A DNA stretch of 22,795 nucleotides, from the IMG/VR virus record IMGVR_UViG_3300010348_001053; one strand, given 5' to 3'. Numbering within the stretch: the stretch's first letter is position 1; every line of letters starts with the position of its first letter. The notes beneath the pieces are model-generated. The model searched no databases. It saw only the letters and a list, made by a program, of their open reading frames with translations, and was not told where the DNA came from. Shown piece after piece: positions 1 to 7,291 of the stretch. The position numbers were made by a program, and so were the translations under genes. This stretch comes from a virus.

Positions 1-2166
1 CTGTGCTTTTATCTGGTCTTCGGATGTGAATCCGTTCAGAATTGAACCGGGATTGAACTCTCCCAGGTTCTCTTTCATCGCATCGTAATTATACCCTTCA
101 AATGTCTCTGCGAGTTCTATCCATTTCTTAATGGCAAGATCTACATTCTCTTCAGCGTTCTTACCGAATCGGGTATAGAAATCAATTGCTTCATTCCCTG
201 CATCAATCCACCCGTTCCCTTTCTCTAATCCGGAATTCAGGGTATTAATTCTGCCTTCACTCCATTCAGACAGTCCCTTAAACTGATCCCCGATAAATGG
301 AATGTTTTTGCCACCATCCCCTAATATCTTGAAAAATTCAAGTGCTTTTATTGCACCTCTGGTAAATGCATCGTGGACTGCATCTGCGAAGCTTCCTATC
401 GTCTTAATCTCCATTCCAAAAATTACTCCGATAGATGCAACCCCTTCCATTAAAAAGGCAATAGGGCCTTTGAGGATACCGGTGACAACCGCCAGAATCC
501 GGGCACCAAACGCGACAAAGTAATTAGCAGTCATCTTCAGAGCAGTATTCATATGTTCCGGGATCTTGTCAAACTGCCCGGATGTCATATCGTTGATGAT
601 AACTCCTAACAATGCCAGGGGGGCTAACAGGACCGCTATAGCATCGACGATAAGCGGGTTCTGTTCCATCAGGGATTGACCAAATAATGAAACCGCGTGA
701 AGTGCTCCGGACTGCATCAGAAGATAGACTGCAGCAAACCCAATGGCAAGTCCGGCCAGGATCCCTAATGCATACCCGGTCCCGGTTAATGTCCCGGCTG
801 CAGTTGCTCCTCCTGCCAACGCCCACATCCATTCTAATATCGATTTTAAAAATCCGACAATACCTAATGCTTTGAGTAGGGCAAATGCACCTATCAACAT
901 AAATATCCCGGTCACTATGGCTTTAATCGGATCAGGTAATGCATTGAACCAATCAGCCAATCCTATGATCCATTCAGCAAGATCTATTATTGCAGGTAAT
1001 AGAGGGAATAAAATCACATCAGCCAGGTATCCAACCGCCTGACCGATGACATCAAGAGCGGTCCCGAACGTAGTGGAATATCGCATCATTCCCATTATTC
1101 CGGCAAGTGCCCCGCCGACAAGCGCCAGAGAGTATTTGTATCGGTCAAGGAACTGCGTGATCTTCGTTCCTCCTTCGTTGGATGTCTTTTCAGACTCCTC
1201 GTTCAACTGCCGGATGAGATCCAGATACTCCCTGAGCTGGGTAACAGTCCCTTCCTTTATCGCTTCATCGATATTCAGGTGCTGAATCCGGTCCGCAGCC
1301 TGGTCAAGATAATCATACAACTGCCGGAGTTCATTCTCTGACAGGTTTGAGATAGATTCCCGGAGATCATCAATCCCGCTGAAATCAAAGATATTCCCCA
1401 TATCTAACTGGAAGTTCTGACCGAGATCATTCATCACCTGTTGAATCTGCATTACTGCATCCTCAGTAGGATCAAAGTTTACCTGATTAATAGCCTCCTG
1501 AAACTCCTTGAGCCGGGCTATGGTTTCTTCTTTCACGATATCATCAATGTTCATGTTCCCTACACGGGCCGCTAACTCATCCAGGGTCCGGTTGACATAG
1601 TTCAGGTTGATGTCATTGAGTCCGGCTATAGCATTAGAGAACTCCTCCACGGACTGAATATCAAAAAGGTTGCCAAGTCCTATAGTATCCATCCCTGAGA
1701 AGAGTGAAAGAAGATCCCGGAGTTGTTGCTGTGTATCAGTGAAATCAATATCCGGAGGATCAATCTCAATACCCCCTAATGCATCCCGGAGTTGTGATTC
1801 AAAGTCCTGAACAAACTGGTCAATATATTGTGAATCTATTCCGGATGCAAGCATCGCCTGTAATATTGAATCCCACCAGTCAGAAACATATATCTCACCG
1901 GCTGAATCTGTGAACGCATCCTGCATTTCTGCAAAGAGAGAAGACCAGTCTACCCCCTCCACCTGAAACCCCTGTGATATTGCATCTTTCACCTGGTTGA
2001 TATCATTCACGATATTATCAAATGCGTCAATAGGGTCCGGGTATGCATCTTCAATCAGCCGGAACGCATCCTGCCACGTTTTTACCGTTTTCCGCGCAGA
2101 CTCCTCAAGATCTTCCTGCCCGGACGATTGTAATAATATTTCGACTATTTCCTCTTCGGTTGCCAT
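1..2166 (-). CDS. Tail tape measure protein, N-terminal 722 codons (runs off the window edge; not in ORF track)
   Basis: I read the frame from ATG at 2166 (MATEEEIVEILLQSSGQEDLEE...) to position 1 with no stop. Helical acidic N-terminal half, then a long Ala/Gly/Ile/Leu-rich hydrophobic stretch (about 420-1140). Lies directly downstream of the tail chaperone with a viral promoter motif 31 nt upstream. Confidence 0.85.
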   Translation of the reverse strand, partial: MATEEEIVEILLQSSGQEDLEESARKTVKTWQDAFRLIEDAYPDPIDAFDNIVNDINQVKDAISQGFQVEGVDWSSLFAEMQDAFTDSAGEIYVSDWWDSILQAMLASGIDSQYIDQFVQDFESQLRDALGGIEIDPPDIDFTDTQQQLRDLLSLFSGMDTIGLGNLFDIQSVEEFSNAIAGLNDINLNYVNRTLDELAARVGNMNIDDIVKEETIARLKEFQEAINQVNFDPTEDAVMQIQQVMNDLGQNFQLDMGNIFDFSGIDDLRESISNLSENELRQLYDYLDQAADRIQHLNIDEAIKEGTVTQLREYLDLIRQLNEESEKTSNEGGTKITQFLDRYKYSLALVGGALAGIMGMMRYSTTFGTALDVIGQAVGYLADVILFPLLPAIIDLAEWIIGLADWFNALPDPIKAIVTGIFMLIGAFALLKALGIVGFLKSILEWMWALAGGATAAGTLTGTGYALGILAGLAIGFAAVYLLMQSGALHAVSLFGQSLMEQNPLIVDAIAVLLAPLALLGVIINDMTSGQFDKIPEHMNTALKMTANYFVAFGARILAVVTGILKGPIAFLMEGVASIGVIFGMEIKTIGSFADAVHDAFTRGAIKALEFFKILGDGGKNIPFIGDQFKGLSEWSEGRINTLNSGLEKGNGWIDAGNEAIDFYTRFGKNAEENVDLAIKKWIELAETFEGYNYDAMKENLGEFNPGSILNGFTSEDQIKAQ

Positions 2167-2191
2167 TGCACAAGAATAGAGTTTATAGTAG

Positions 2192-2204
2192 ATAAACGGG
2201 AAAA
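2192..2204 (-). promoter_or_regulatory. Viral promoter motif upstream of tape measure
   Basis: TTTTCCCGTTTAT; 31 nt from the motif G to ATG 2166. Confidence 0.7.
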
Positions 2205-2208
2205 GAGA

Positions 2209-2377
2209 TTAGCGGTTCTTACTCCGCTCCTTCTCCTGCCTCGTTGCCCGCTCGTCAAGTCCGGCAGAGACAAATATCCAGTCTTCATCAGTCAGCCCGG
2301 AGAGTTCGGACGGGGCACGCCCGCCCAGGAATTCACATACCGCTAAAAGCCACTGACCTTTATCTGTTTTTGCGAAA
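2209..2377 (-). CDS. Frameshift extension of the tail assembly chaperone (gpGT-like, predicted 202-aa fusion)
   Basis: The +1 frame is open from the TTT-CGC site (2377-2372) for 54 codons (AKTDKGQWLLAVCEFLGGRAPSELSGLTDEDW...KNR) to TAA at 2209. The ORF-track ATG at 2505 lies inside the chaperone gene and is unlikely to be real. Confidence 0.7.
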
Positions 2378-2818
2378 CCTGCGGACCTTCTCCTTATTCT
2401 TCTGAATCGCTTCCACCAGGTCTTCAAAGAAGACTGATGCCTTCCCGTCAGACTGCTTATCATACTTCTCCCAGAGCGACGGCTTGTTGTAGGGAGATTC
2501 TGCACACAGACCGGCTATGATGGCAAACAGTGGAGCCTTATCCTCATCCAGGGTGTCAGAAACATATTCGGGACCGTAATCCGCCCGTTCTTTCCGGTAC
2601 TCATGAATCTTCTCTTCAACGTGCCGGGGAATGGTCTTGAATACTTTGAACGAAAGACCCGCTATTGAAACCTGTATTGTGTTTTCCTGTTTTGCATGAG
2701 AGTTCAGGAGCATTCCGAGCACTTCATCTTCGTTCATCTCATGCTCTGCTTTGAACTTCTCAATCGTTTCAAAACCCTTATTGATGTCCCATTCTTTCTG
2801 GGGCGCCTCGTCGGTCAT
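2360..2818 (-). CDS. Tail assembly chaperone, short form (gpG-like, 152 aa)
   Basis: Position between tail tube genes and tape measure; helical acidic protein; overlapping downstream frame; promoter motif 33 nt upstream. Confidence 0.75.
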   Translation of the reverse strand: MTDEAPQKEWDINKGFETIEKFKAEHEMNEDEVLGMLLNSHAKQENTIQVSIAGLSFKVFKTIPRHVEEKIHEYRKERADYGPEYVSDTLDEDKAPLFAIIAGLCAESPYNKPSLWEKYDKQSDGKASVFFEDLVEAIQKNKEKVRRFRKNR

Positions 2819-2842
2819 ACGATAACCCGATTAGCGCAAAAA

Positions 2843-2859
2843 GAGATATACGGGAATTA
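2843..2859 (-). promoter_or_regulatory. Viral promoter motif upstream of tail chaperone
   Basis: TAATTCCCGTATATCTC; 33 nt to ATG 2818. Confidence 0.7.
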
Positions 2860-3165
2860 AGATTCGTCCGAAATCGGTTCTTCTTTCCCGGACACTTTGA
2901 CCGGATAACATTTCCCGGTACATCTGTACCGGTCCTCATCCCAGACATATTTCAGGAGAACTGGTTCATCCAGAGCCTTTACCGGCAGTTCTCCTTTCCG
3001 GTTCGTCCATTTCACTGATACGATACCATTCTTCTCTTCACGCCGTTCAAAGTTACAGTTCTTCGCCGGATAGAATTCTTTTTCGACTTTCTCACCGTCT
3101 TTAGGACCGGGGAGGGTGAACATACTCATGTCAAATTGAGACATGAACTCATACATGGATTTCAT
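2857..3165 (-). CDS. Hypothetical protein (102 aa), tail module
   Basis: GAGGT SD upstream of ATG; fills the gap between tail tube and chaperone; its stop codon is part of the next promoter motif. Confidence 0.7.
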   Translation of the reverse strand: MKSMYEFMSQFDMSMFTLPGPKDGEKVEKEFYPAKNCNFERREEKNGIVSVKWTNRKGELPVKALDEPVLLKYVWDEDRYRCTGKCYPVKVSGKEEPISDES

Positions 3166-3176
3166 AGAGATACCTC

Positions 3177-3182
3177 AAAAAA
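3177..3182 (-). terminator. Oligo-T (T6) terminator candidate after the second tail tube gene
   Basis: Minus strand reads TAA CCCC TTTTTT; archaeal intrinsic terminators are oligo-T tracts. Confidence 0.45.
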
Positions 3183-3186
3183 GGGG

Positions 3187-3699
3187 TTATACTGGGTTTG
3201 TAAACACGATATCCGCCGCGTGTGCGGTTGCATCGACAAACATCCATTCGTTTTCACGAACCTCGAACGGAAACCCGTCTAAATAACAATCTTCCGCTGT
3301 AGCGGTGATCTTTGCATAGGTTGTGGTTCCGGAGGTGTTAAACGGCTGGACGGTCCCGGCAATGTCAAAGAACGTCAGCTTACTGGTATCTGCGATAGAA
3401 CCGATATCTACAGCGGTACCGTTCTTATCCTCTCCATCGTCTCCACCGCCCCGGAGGGACTTGAACGCCCACCAGGTTCCGCCTGATACGGTTGGGTCAA
3501 TTGCTGCGTACTTCAGCTTGACCTCTACCTTCTGCCGGTATTTGGCTGTCGCCCGCATGAAGATAGAGTCAGATGAATACTTGTCATTTCGTTCCCATGA
3601 GATGTTAAAGTTCCAGCCTGAAACAGCGCCAATCTCAACTCCATCCGCTTGGATGGTTGCATCGGCACCTGCAAAGTATAATGATGATCCTGCTGCCAT
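3187..3699 (-). CDS. Tail tube (major tail) protein, paralog 2 (170 aa)
   Basis: Size and position; beta-rich pattern (EIGAVSGWNFNISW...PFEVRENEWMFVDAT); SD GAGGTG; clear paralog of 3711-4235. Confidence 0.75.
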   Translation of the reverse strand: MAAGSSLYFAGADATIQADGVEIGAVSGWNFNISWERNDKYSSDSIFMRATAKYRQKVEVKLKYAAIDPTVSGGTWWAFKSLRGGGDDGEDKNGTAVDIGSIADTSKLTFFDIAGTVQPFNTSGTTTYAKITATAEDCYLDGFPFEVRENEWMFVDATAHAADIVFTNPV

Positions 3700-3710
3700 T
3701 TTTTACCACC

Positions 3711-4235
3711 TCAAAACGTCGGCTCCGCGTTCACCGCGTCAAAGTGAGTAGCCACAAATCCGAGATCAACCGCGACCCATTCGTGCTCGCTTGCGCCGAA
3801 CGGCATTTGGTTAAACGAAGCGTTGTAAATCTTCGCTCCAAATATCGCGTTTGCATCGTCCTGAGGTGCGATAGATCCCCAGAGCATGAAGAACGTGAAC
3901 TTGCTGGTATCCGAGGTAGTACCTCCACCGGCAGAGTTCAGGATCTTCATCGCCCACCAGGTTCCGACGGTCGGATCAAACTTGGCAAAATTGAGTTTTC
4001 CTTCCGTCCGTGCTTTACATCGGGCCACCGCCAACCGCTTGATAGAGTCCATTGCATAGAGTTCTTTGTAATCGAACGTAGCTTTGAAACTCCATCCCGA
4101 AACGGCTGCGATCTTCGTGCCCGAAGCCCATGCCGGAGCGGTCTCGTTAGCGTCAGGATCCGGGTCGTAAAACCCGGTTTGAACCATGACGCCGACTTTG
4201 CTATCCGCCCCGGCAAAATAATAATCTACTGCCAT
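3711..4235 (-). CDS. Tail tube (major tail) protein, paralog 1 (174 aa)
   Basis: Shares YFAGAD, AVSGW, DSI, DPTV..TWWA, DTSK.TFF and PF...E.EW..VD with 3187-3699; promoter motif 32 nt upstream. Confidence 0.75.
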   Translation of the reverse strand: MAVDYYFAGADSKVGVMVQTGFYDPDPDANETAPAWASGTKIAAVSGWSFKATFDYKELYAMDSIKRLAVARCKARTEGKLNFAKFDPTVGTWWAMKILNSAGGGTTSDTSKFTFFMLWGSIAPQDDANAIFGAKIYNASFNQMPFGASEHEWVAVDLGFVATHFDAVNAEPTF

Positions 4236-4261
4236 TTACGGTTAAATGACAGTTGGAATAG

Positions 4262-4280
4262 ATAAACGGGAAATAAAAAA
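4262..4280 (-). promoter_or_regulatory. Viral promoter motif (with oligo-T) upstream of tail tube 1
   Basis: TTTTTTATTTCCCGTTTAT; 32 nt to ATG 4235. Confidence 0.75.
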
Positions 4281-4292
4281 GAAGAAATGATG

Positions 4293-4367
4293 TAACCTTA
4301 CCTTACCCAACCCCGCCATATCCAACCTCACCTGACCCCTCCTGTCCACACCCCTCCAAACCGGACC
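4293..4367 (-). ncRNA. GG(Y)-NN pentamer array, 15 units (candidate VIPR-type guide RNA)
   Basis: Minus strand: GGTCC GGTTT GGAGG GGTGT GGACA GGAGG GGTCA GGTGA GGTTG GATAT GGCGG GGTTG GGTAA GGTAA GGTTA. 14 of 15 units start GG and 11 of 15 start GGY, with the last two bases variable. Begins 15 nt after the stop of 4383-4767 and ends before a T-rich tract. The repeat is directly seen; the RNA function is inferred. Confidence 0.7.
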
Positions 4368-4382
4368 AGAACCCCGGCCGAT

Positions 4383-4767
4383 TCACATCAGACCGGTTTC
4401 ATGCAGTTTATTGAGTACTTCTTTAGCAGTAAATTTTTCTCCGAATCGGATAACCATCCATCCTTCTTTCCGGAGAATCATATCTCTGAATTGGTCACGT
4501 TTTTTTTGCTTTGGATGATGAATGCCAGTTGGTCCCATCGGTTTCAATGGCAATCTTGTTTGTGTGAGTGGTATCAAGATATATCGCGAAATCAATCACG
4601 AATCCTGACCGGGTAGATACCTGTTCCTGGAAATCGATATTGAGAGATGAGAGTATCTTACTCATCGCCTCTTCAAGACATGTCTTTGTTGATGTCTGAC
4701 CAATAGAGTTTGCCGCGTGCATCAAAAGTGGTTTGATCCCTTTCAGATGCACCGTCACAGGTTGCAG
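4383..4767 (-). pseudogene. RAMP/Vipr-like N-terminus fused to a DUF559/Vsr-like PD-(D/E)xK endonuclease, split by a frameshift in an A8 tract
   Basis: The 4495-4758 frame gives VTVHLKGIKPLLMH...EEAMSKIL...FQEQ...GFVIDFAI...KIAIETDGTNWH; the 4383-4595 frame continues KKRDQFRDMILRKEGWMVIRF. Removing one A from 4500-4507 joins them into about 124-127 aa. In-frame CTG at 4767 may be a mutated or alternative start (MQPVTVHLKG...). Confidence 0.75.
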
Positions 4768-4793
4768 TTATTCTGAAAGAATCTTTAGAATAA
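4768..4793. repeat. 26-bp imperfect palindrome
   Basis: TTATTCT-G-AAAG-AAT-CTTT-AGAATAA fills the entire gap between the tail terminator stop (4794) and the CTG at 4767. Confidence 0.7.
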
Positions 4794-5288
4794 TTACATG
4801 GTATGCATCGTAACCTGGAATCGAACCGACCAGACATGAAGGATATAATCTCTAACCTGATGATATCCGACCTCTAAAACCGGATTCACGCAGTATGCTT
4901 TAATAGATCGGGTTGTATCTACTTTCCCATCCTCATCAAAATAAATTCCAGATACGGCCTGATTTGAAACGGAAAACAAATCCACTACTGCATATCCGTA
5001 ATTCCGAGTTGTTCTGAGTAAATCAGGGACATTTGCACCTTTATACACTCCCGAAACAATTACACTAAACTCATGTTTTCGAGGAGTATTTGACATGTGT
5101 GTCGTTATTTTGTCTCCTCCTTCTAAAAGAGGAGTGATATAGAAACTTGGAAAAACCCGGATTCCTGCGGGCTGTTCGTCGCCTTCAATCATCCTCATCC
5201 CTGTAGTTCCTCCTAATAATGTGATATTAGTTTCAATCCGGCTTTTCATAGCATCTATGATTGAATTTACGTCTTCAGATGTTGGCAT
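4794..5288 (-). CDS. Probable tail terminator / tail completion protein (164 aa)
   Basis: Position after the neck genes; lambda gpU / SPP1 gp17-like pattern (N-terminal helix, P.F.I strand, C-terminal HVWSVRFQV strand); SD GGAGG. Confidence 0.55.
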   Translation of the reverse strand: MPTSEDVNSIIDAMKSRIETNITLLGGTTGMRMIEGDEQPAGIRVFPSFYITPLLEGGDKITTHMSNTPRKHEFSVIVSGVYKGANVPDLLRTTRNYGYAVVDLFSVSNQAVSGIYFDEDGKVDTTRSIKAYCVNPVLEVGYHQVRDYILHVWSVRFQVTMHTM

Positions 5289-5658
5289 GAACCCTCCGGA
5301 TACCTTTCTCTACGGCAGACGAGATGAAAGGATTCGGTTGCATCCCGCGTGATTTGACTACAAACACCCGTTCGCCTGCATCGTTCACCCAGGACAGTGC
5401 CTTTGCTTTCTTTGGCACGATCATTGTATGATAGGGACCATAGAGGCCGGTCCCCCGGATGATGAAAGGTAAGTAATTTGACTTGTTGGATATCAGCATC
5501 CCTTGAGGGACTTCCTCATCTATCCAGAGCGCCTTTGCTCTTCCGGGTGTAGCCTGCCGGAGTTCGTCTTTAATCTCATCCGCATATTTCTTGAGGATTC
5601 GTTTCTCAAACGATTTCAGGTCATGTGCCGGGAGTTTAAATGAGAGTTTTAATGCCAT
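5275..5658 (-). CDS. HK97 gp10-like neck/tail component (127 aa)
   Basis: YLPFIIRGTG...IVPKKAKAL...V.SRGMQPNPFISSAV pattern typical of this family; overlaps neighbours. Confidence 0.65.
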   Translation of the reverse strand: MALKLSFKLPAHDLKSFEKRILKKYADEIKDELRQATPGRAKALWIDEEVPQGMLISNKSNYLPFIIRGTGLYGPYHTMIVPKKAKALSWVNDAGERVFVVKSRGMQPNPFISSAVEKGIRRVHANI

Positions 5659-6350
5659 GCTTTTCCTCTCACCGTCCGCCGGTATGGTGCTAACCGTAAC
5701 TTCAGATCTTCGGTCATGATCTCTGGATGGAGCATGCTGATCATCTGTGCTATCGTCTGCGTTCCTGAATCAAACGAGGCAACAACGCCTTCCTGTTCGC
5801 GCTTTTTCTTCGCCAGAAAATTTGAGATGAGATCTAGACAAATAAACTTGATATCCGCCAGGACTGGTGAACCGGATGAATACCCAGCTGAGTACAGTAT
5901 CTTGACGTTCCCTTTCCCTGCCTGGGGAATAGTGTTGTGAAACACGATCCGGGTCACAAACCCGTCAGAGATGACCGCATAGTTCCCGGCCACACCAGTA
6001 TCCCGCATGGTCAGAGTAGTCCATAACGGAGCGGATGTCATAGAGGTATCGACTGATACCGATGTGATAGAAATGACCGGCTGTTCTCTCGGAATGAACG
6101 TCCGGTCAATCTCCCGGTAATACCTGCCTCGATCTCCAGTCGGTCCTCTTCCATCGTGATACTCGGTATAATTCGCTGCTTCAAACGACTGCCGGTTGCA
6201 GTACCGATTGATCATCTCCGTTGCTCCGGCAATAACCATCGTGATGTAGGTCGCCCACTGGTTTGATGTCATAAACGCATCAGCCTGTCTGAAATCGTTG
6301 TATGAGTATCCGGTATGAGCTTCTACTTCCTGCTGTGAACAGTATGCCAT
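5649..6350 (-). CDS. Head-tail adaptor/connector (HK97 gp6 / SPP1 gp15-like, 233 aa)
   Basis: YCSQQEV...IAGATEMINRYCNRQSF...EYHDG...PVISITSV...VKILYSAGY...DIKFICLDLI pattern; promoter motif 31 nt upstream. Confidence 0.75.
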   Translation of the reverse strand: MAYCSQQEVEAHTGYSYNDFRQADAFMTSNQWATYITMVIAGATEMINRYCNRQSFEAANYTEYHDGRGPTGDRGRYYREIDRTFIPREQPVISITSVSVDTSMTSAPLWTTLTMRDTGVAGNYAVISDGFVTRIVFHNTIPQAGKGNVKILYSAGYSSGSPVLADIKFICLDLISNFLAKKKREQEGVVASFDSGTQTIAQMISMLHPEIMTEDLKLRLAPYRRTVRGKAWH

Positions 6351-6375
6351 TCAGCACGGATTAGTTTCTGAATGA

Positions 6376-6394
6376 ATAAACGGGAAATAAAAAA
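6376..6394 (-). promoter_or_regulatory. Viral promoter motif upstream of head-tail adaptor
   Basis: TTTTTTATTTCCCGTTTAT; 31 nt to ATG 6350. Confidence 0.75.
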
Positions 6395-6401
6395 GTGAGA
6401 T

Positions 6402-6761
6402 TTAAGCTGCCTGGGTCACAAGTTTCCAGCCAGTGTTCTGAGTTGCGGTCCCTGCAAACACGTAAAGAGCACCGTTGGTGTAATCCACACAGAGATCTCC
6501 TTTCCGGTTGCCGGTAACGGCCGCCTCAGGAGTTCCTGCATTCGCTGACAGGGTTATTCCCTTCAGCGTGATTGCCCCGGTGGCAGTCAGGGCTGCCACG
6601 GTAGTCGCTCCGGTGACTCCCAGATTACCGCCGACGGTAGCGTTCCGGGTAATAGCAATGTCATCCGCCAGGGTGATCAGGTCTGAAAGAAACGTAATCT
6701 CCCGTGTAGCGGTTGCCGACCCGTCCGCGTTCTTCCGAAAAAGGTTATAGAAGAAGCTCAT
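6402..6761 (-). CDS. Probable head fibre / capsid decoration protein (119 aa)
   Basis: G/A/T-rich fibrous middle (ATVGGNLGVTGATTV) and C-terminal AGTP...GDLCVDYTNGALYV...GW motif seen in virion fibres; SD AGGTGA; follows MCP. Confidence 0.55.
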   Translation of the reverse strand: MSFFYNLFRKNADGSATATREITFLSDLITLADDIAITRNATVGGNLGVTGATTVAALTATGAITLKGITLSANAGTPEAAVTGNRKGDLCVDYTNGALYVFAGTATQNTGWKLVTQAA

Positions 6762-6767
6762 CTTCTA

Positions 6768-7280
6768 TCACCTGAAGAGTTGAACGCCAGCATCGAAGGG
6801 GAGTTCGTAGTACAGAATCTCTACCGGATCGGTCTGGTTATCGCCGAGCTTGATATTGTTCAGGACATACAGAGTGTTGTCATCTGCTATTCCGGTTGCT
6901 GATGCAGTCGTGCCGAAACACCCACGCCGGATAACGGTCAGGGTACCGGATGCGCCGGTCGGAGCGGAGTCCTTGACTTCGAGGATCTCACCGCTTGCTG
7001 ATTTCACATAGAACGAGTCAGAGGACCGGGAAAGAACTCCGCCGTCGTAGGCAATGCTCATAGTGGTCGCGGTATACGGGGTCCCCTTGTTGTTGACTAC
7101 AACGACACCACGGGTAACGGTTGCGCCTGCTCCGGTGAGTAACCGGGCAGACAGAGCAAACGCACCCTTACAGGGCAGAACAATCCAGTCGTTCTGAGTT
7201 ACCTGATCCACCACGGCAAACTTCGGAGCAAAACCGTGGAGAAGGAAACTGTTGAATTCGGTTAAGTTAGCTGCTGCCAT
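6768..7280 (-). CDS. Probable capsid decoration/structural protein (170 aa)
   Basis: Directly downstream of MCP; GEILEV...LTVIRRGCFGTTA motif common in virion structural proteins; SD GAGGT. Confidence 0.55.
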   Translation of the reverse strand: MAAANLTEFNSFLLHGFAPKFAVVDQVTQNDWIVLPCKGAFALSARLLTGAGATVTRGVVVVNNKGTPYTATTMSIAYDGGVLSRSSDSFYVKSASGEILEVKDSAPTGASGTLTVIRRGCFGTTASATGIADDNTLYVLNNIKLGDNQTDPVEILYYELPFDAGVQLFR

Positions 7281-7291
7281 TTTTTCTTACC

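Noticed and set aside
302-2179. Short plus-strand ORFs and 569-832 (-) over the left 2.2 kb
   Set aside because: They are shadows of the 722-codon open minus-strand tape measure frame that the ORF track omits because it has no stop in the window.
2378-2505. ATG at 2505 as an independent 98-aa gene
   Set aside because: The first 44 residues overlap the chaperone in another frame and look non-native; no SD or promoter; better explained as a frameshift extension.
3323-4265. Long antisense and alternate-frame ORFs (142, 202, 65, 89 aa) over the tail tube genes
   Set aside because: Fully overlap two well-supported paralogous genes and have no recognisable motifs.
4293-4367. Reading the GG-rich tract as a CRISPR array, simple microsatellite or only a G-quadruplex
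   Set aside because: No 25-40-nt repeats with spacers; units differ at positions 4-5, so it is not slippage-generated. GG runs could form a two-tier quadruplex, but strict 5-nt phasing and the neighbouring gene argue for a GGY-NN array.
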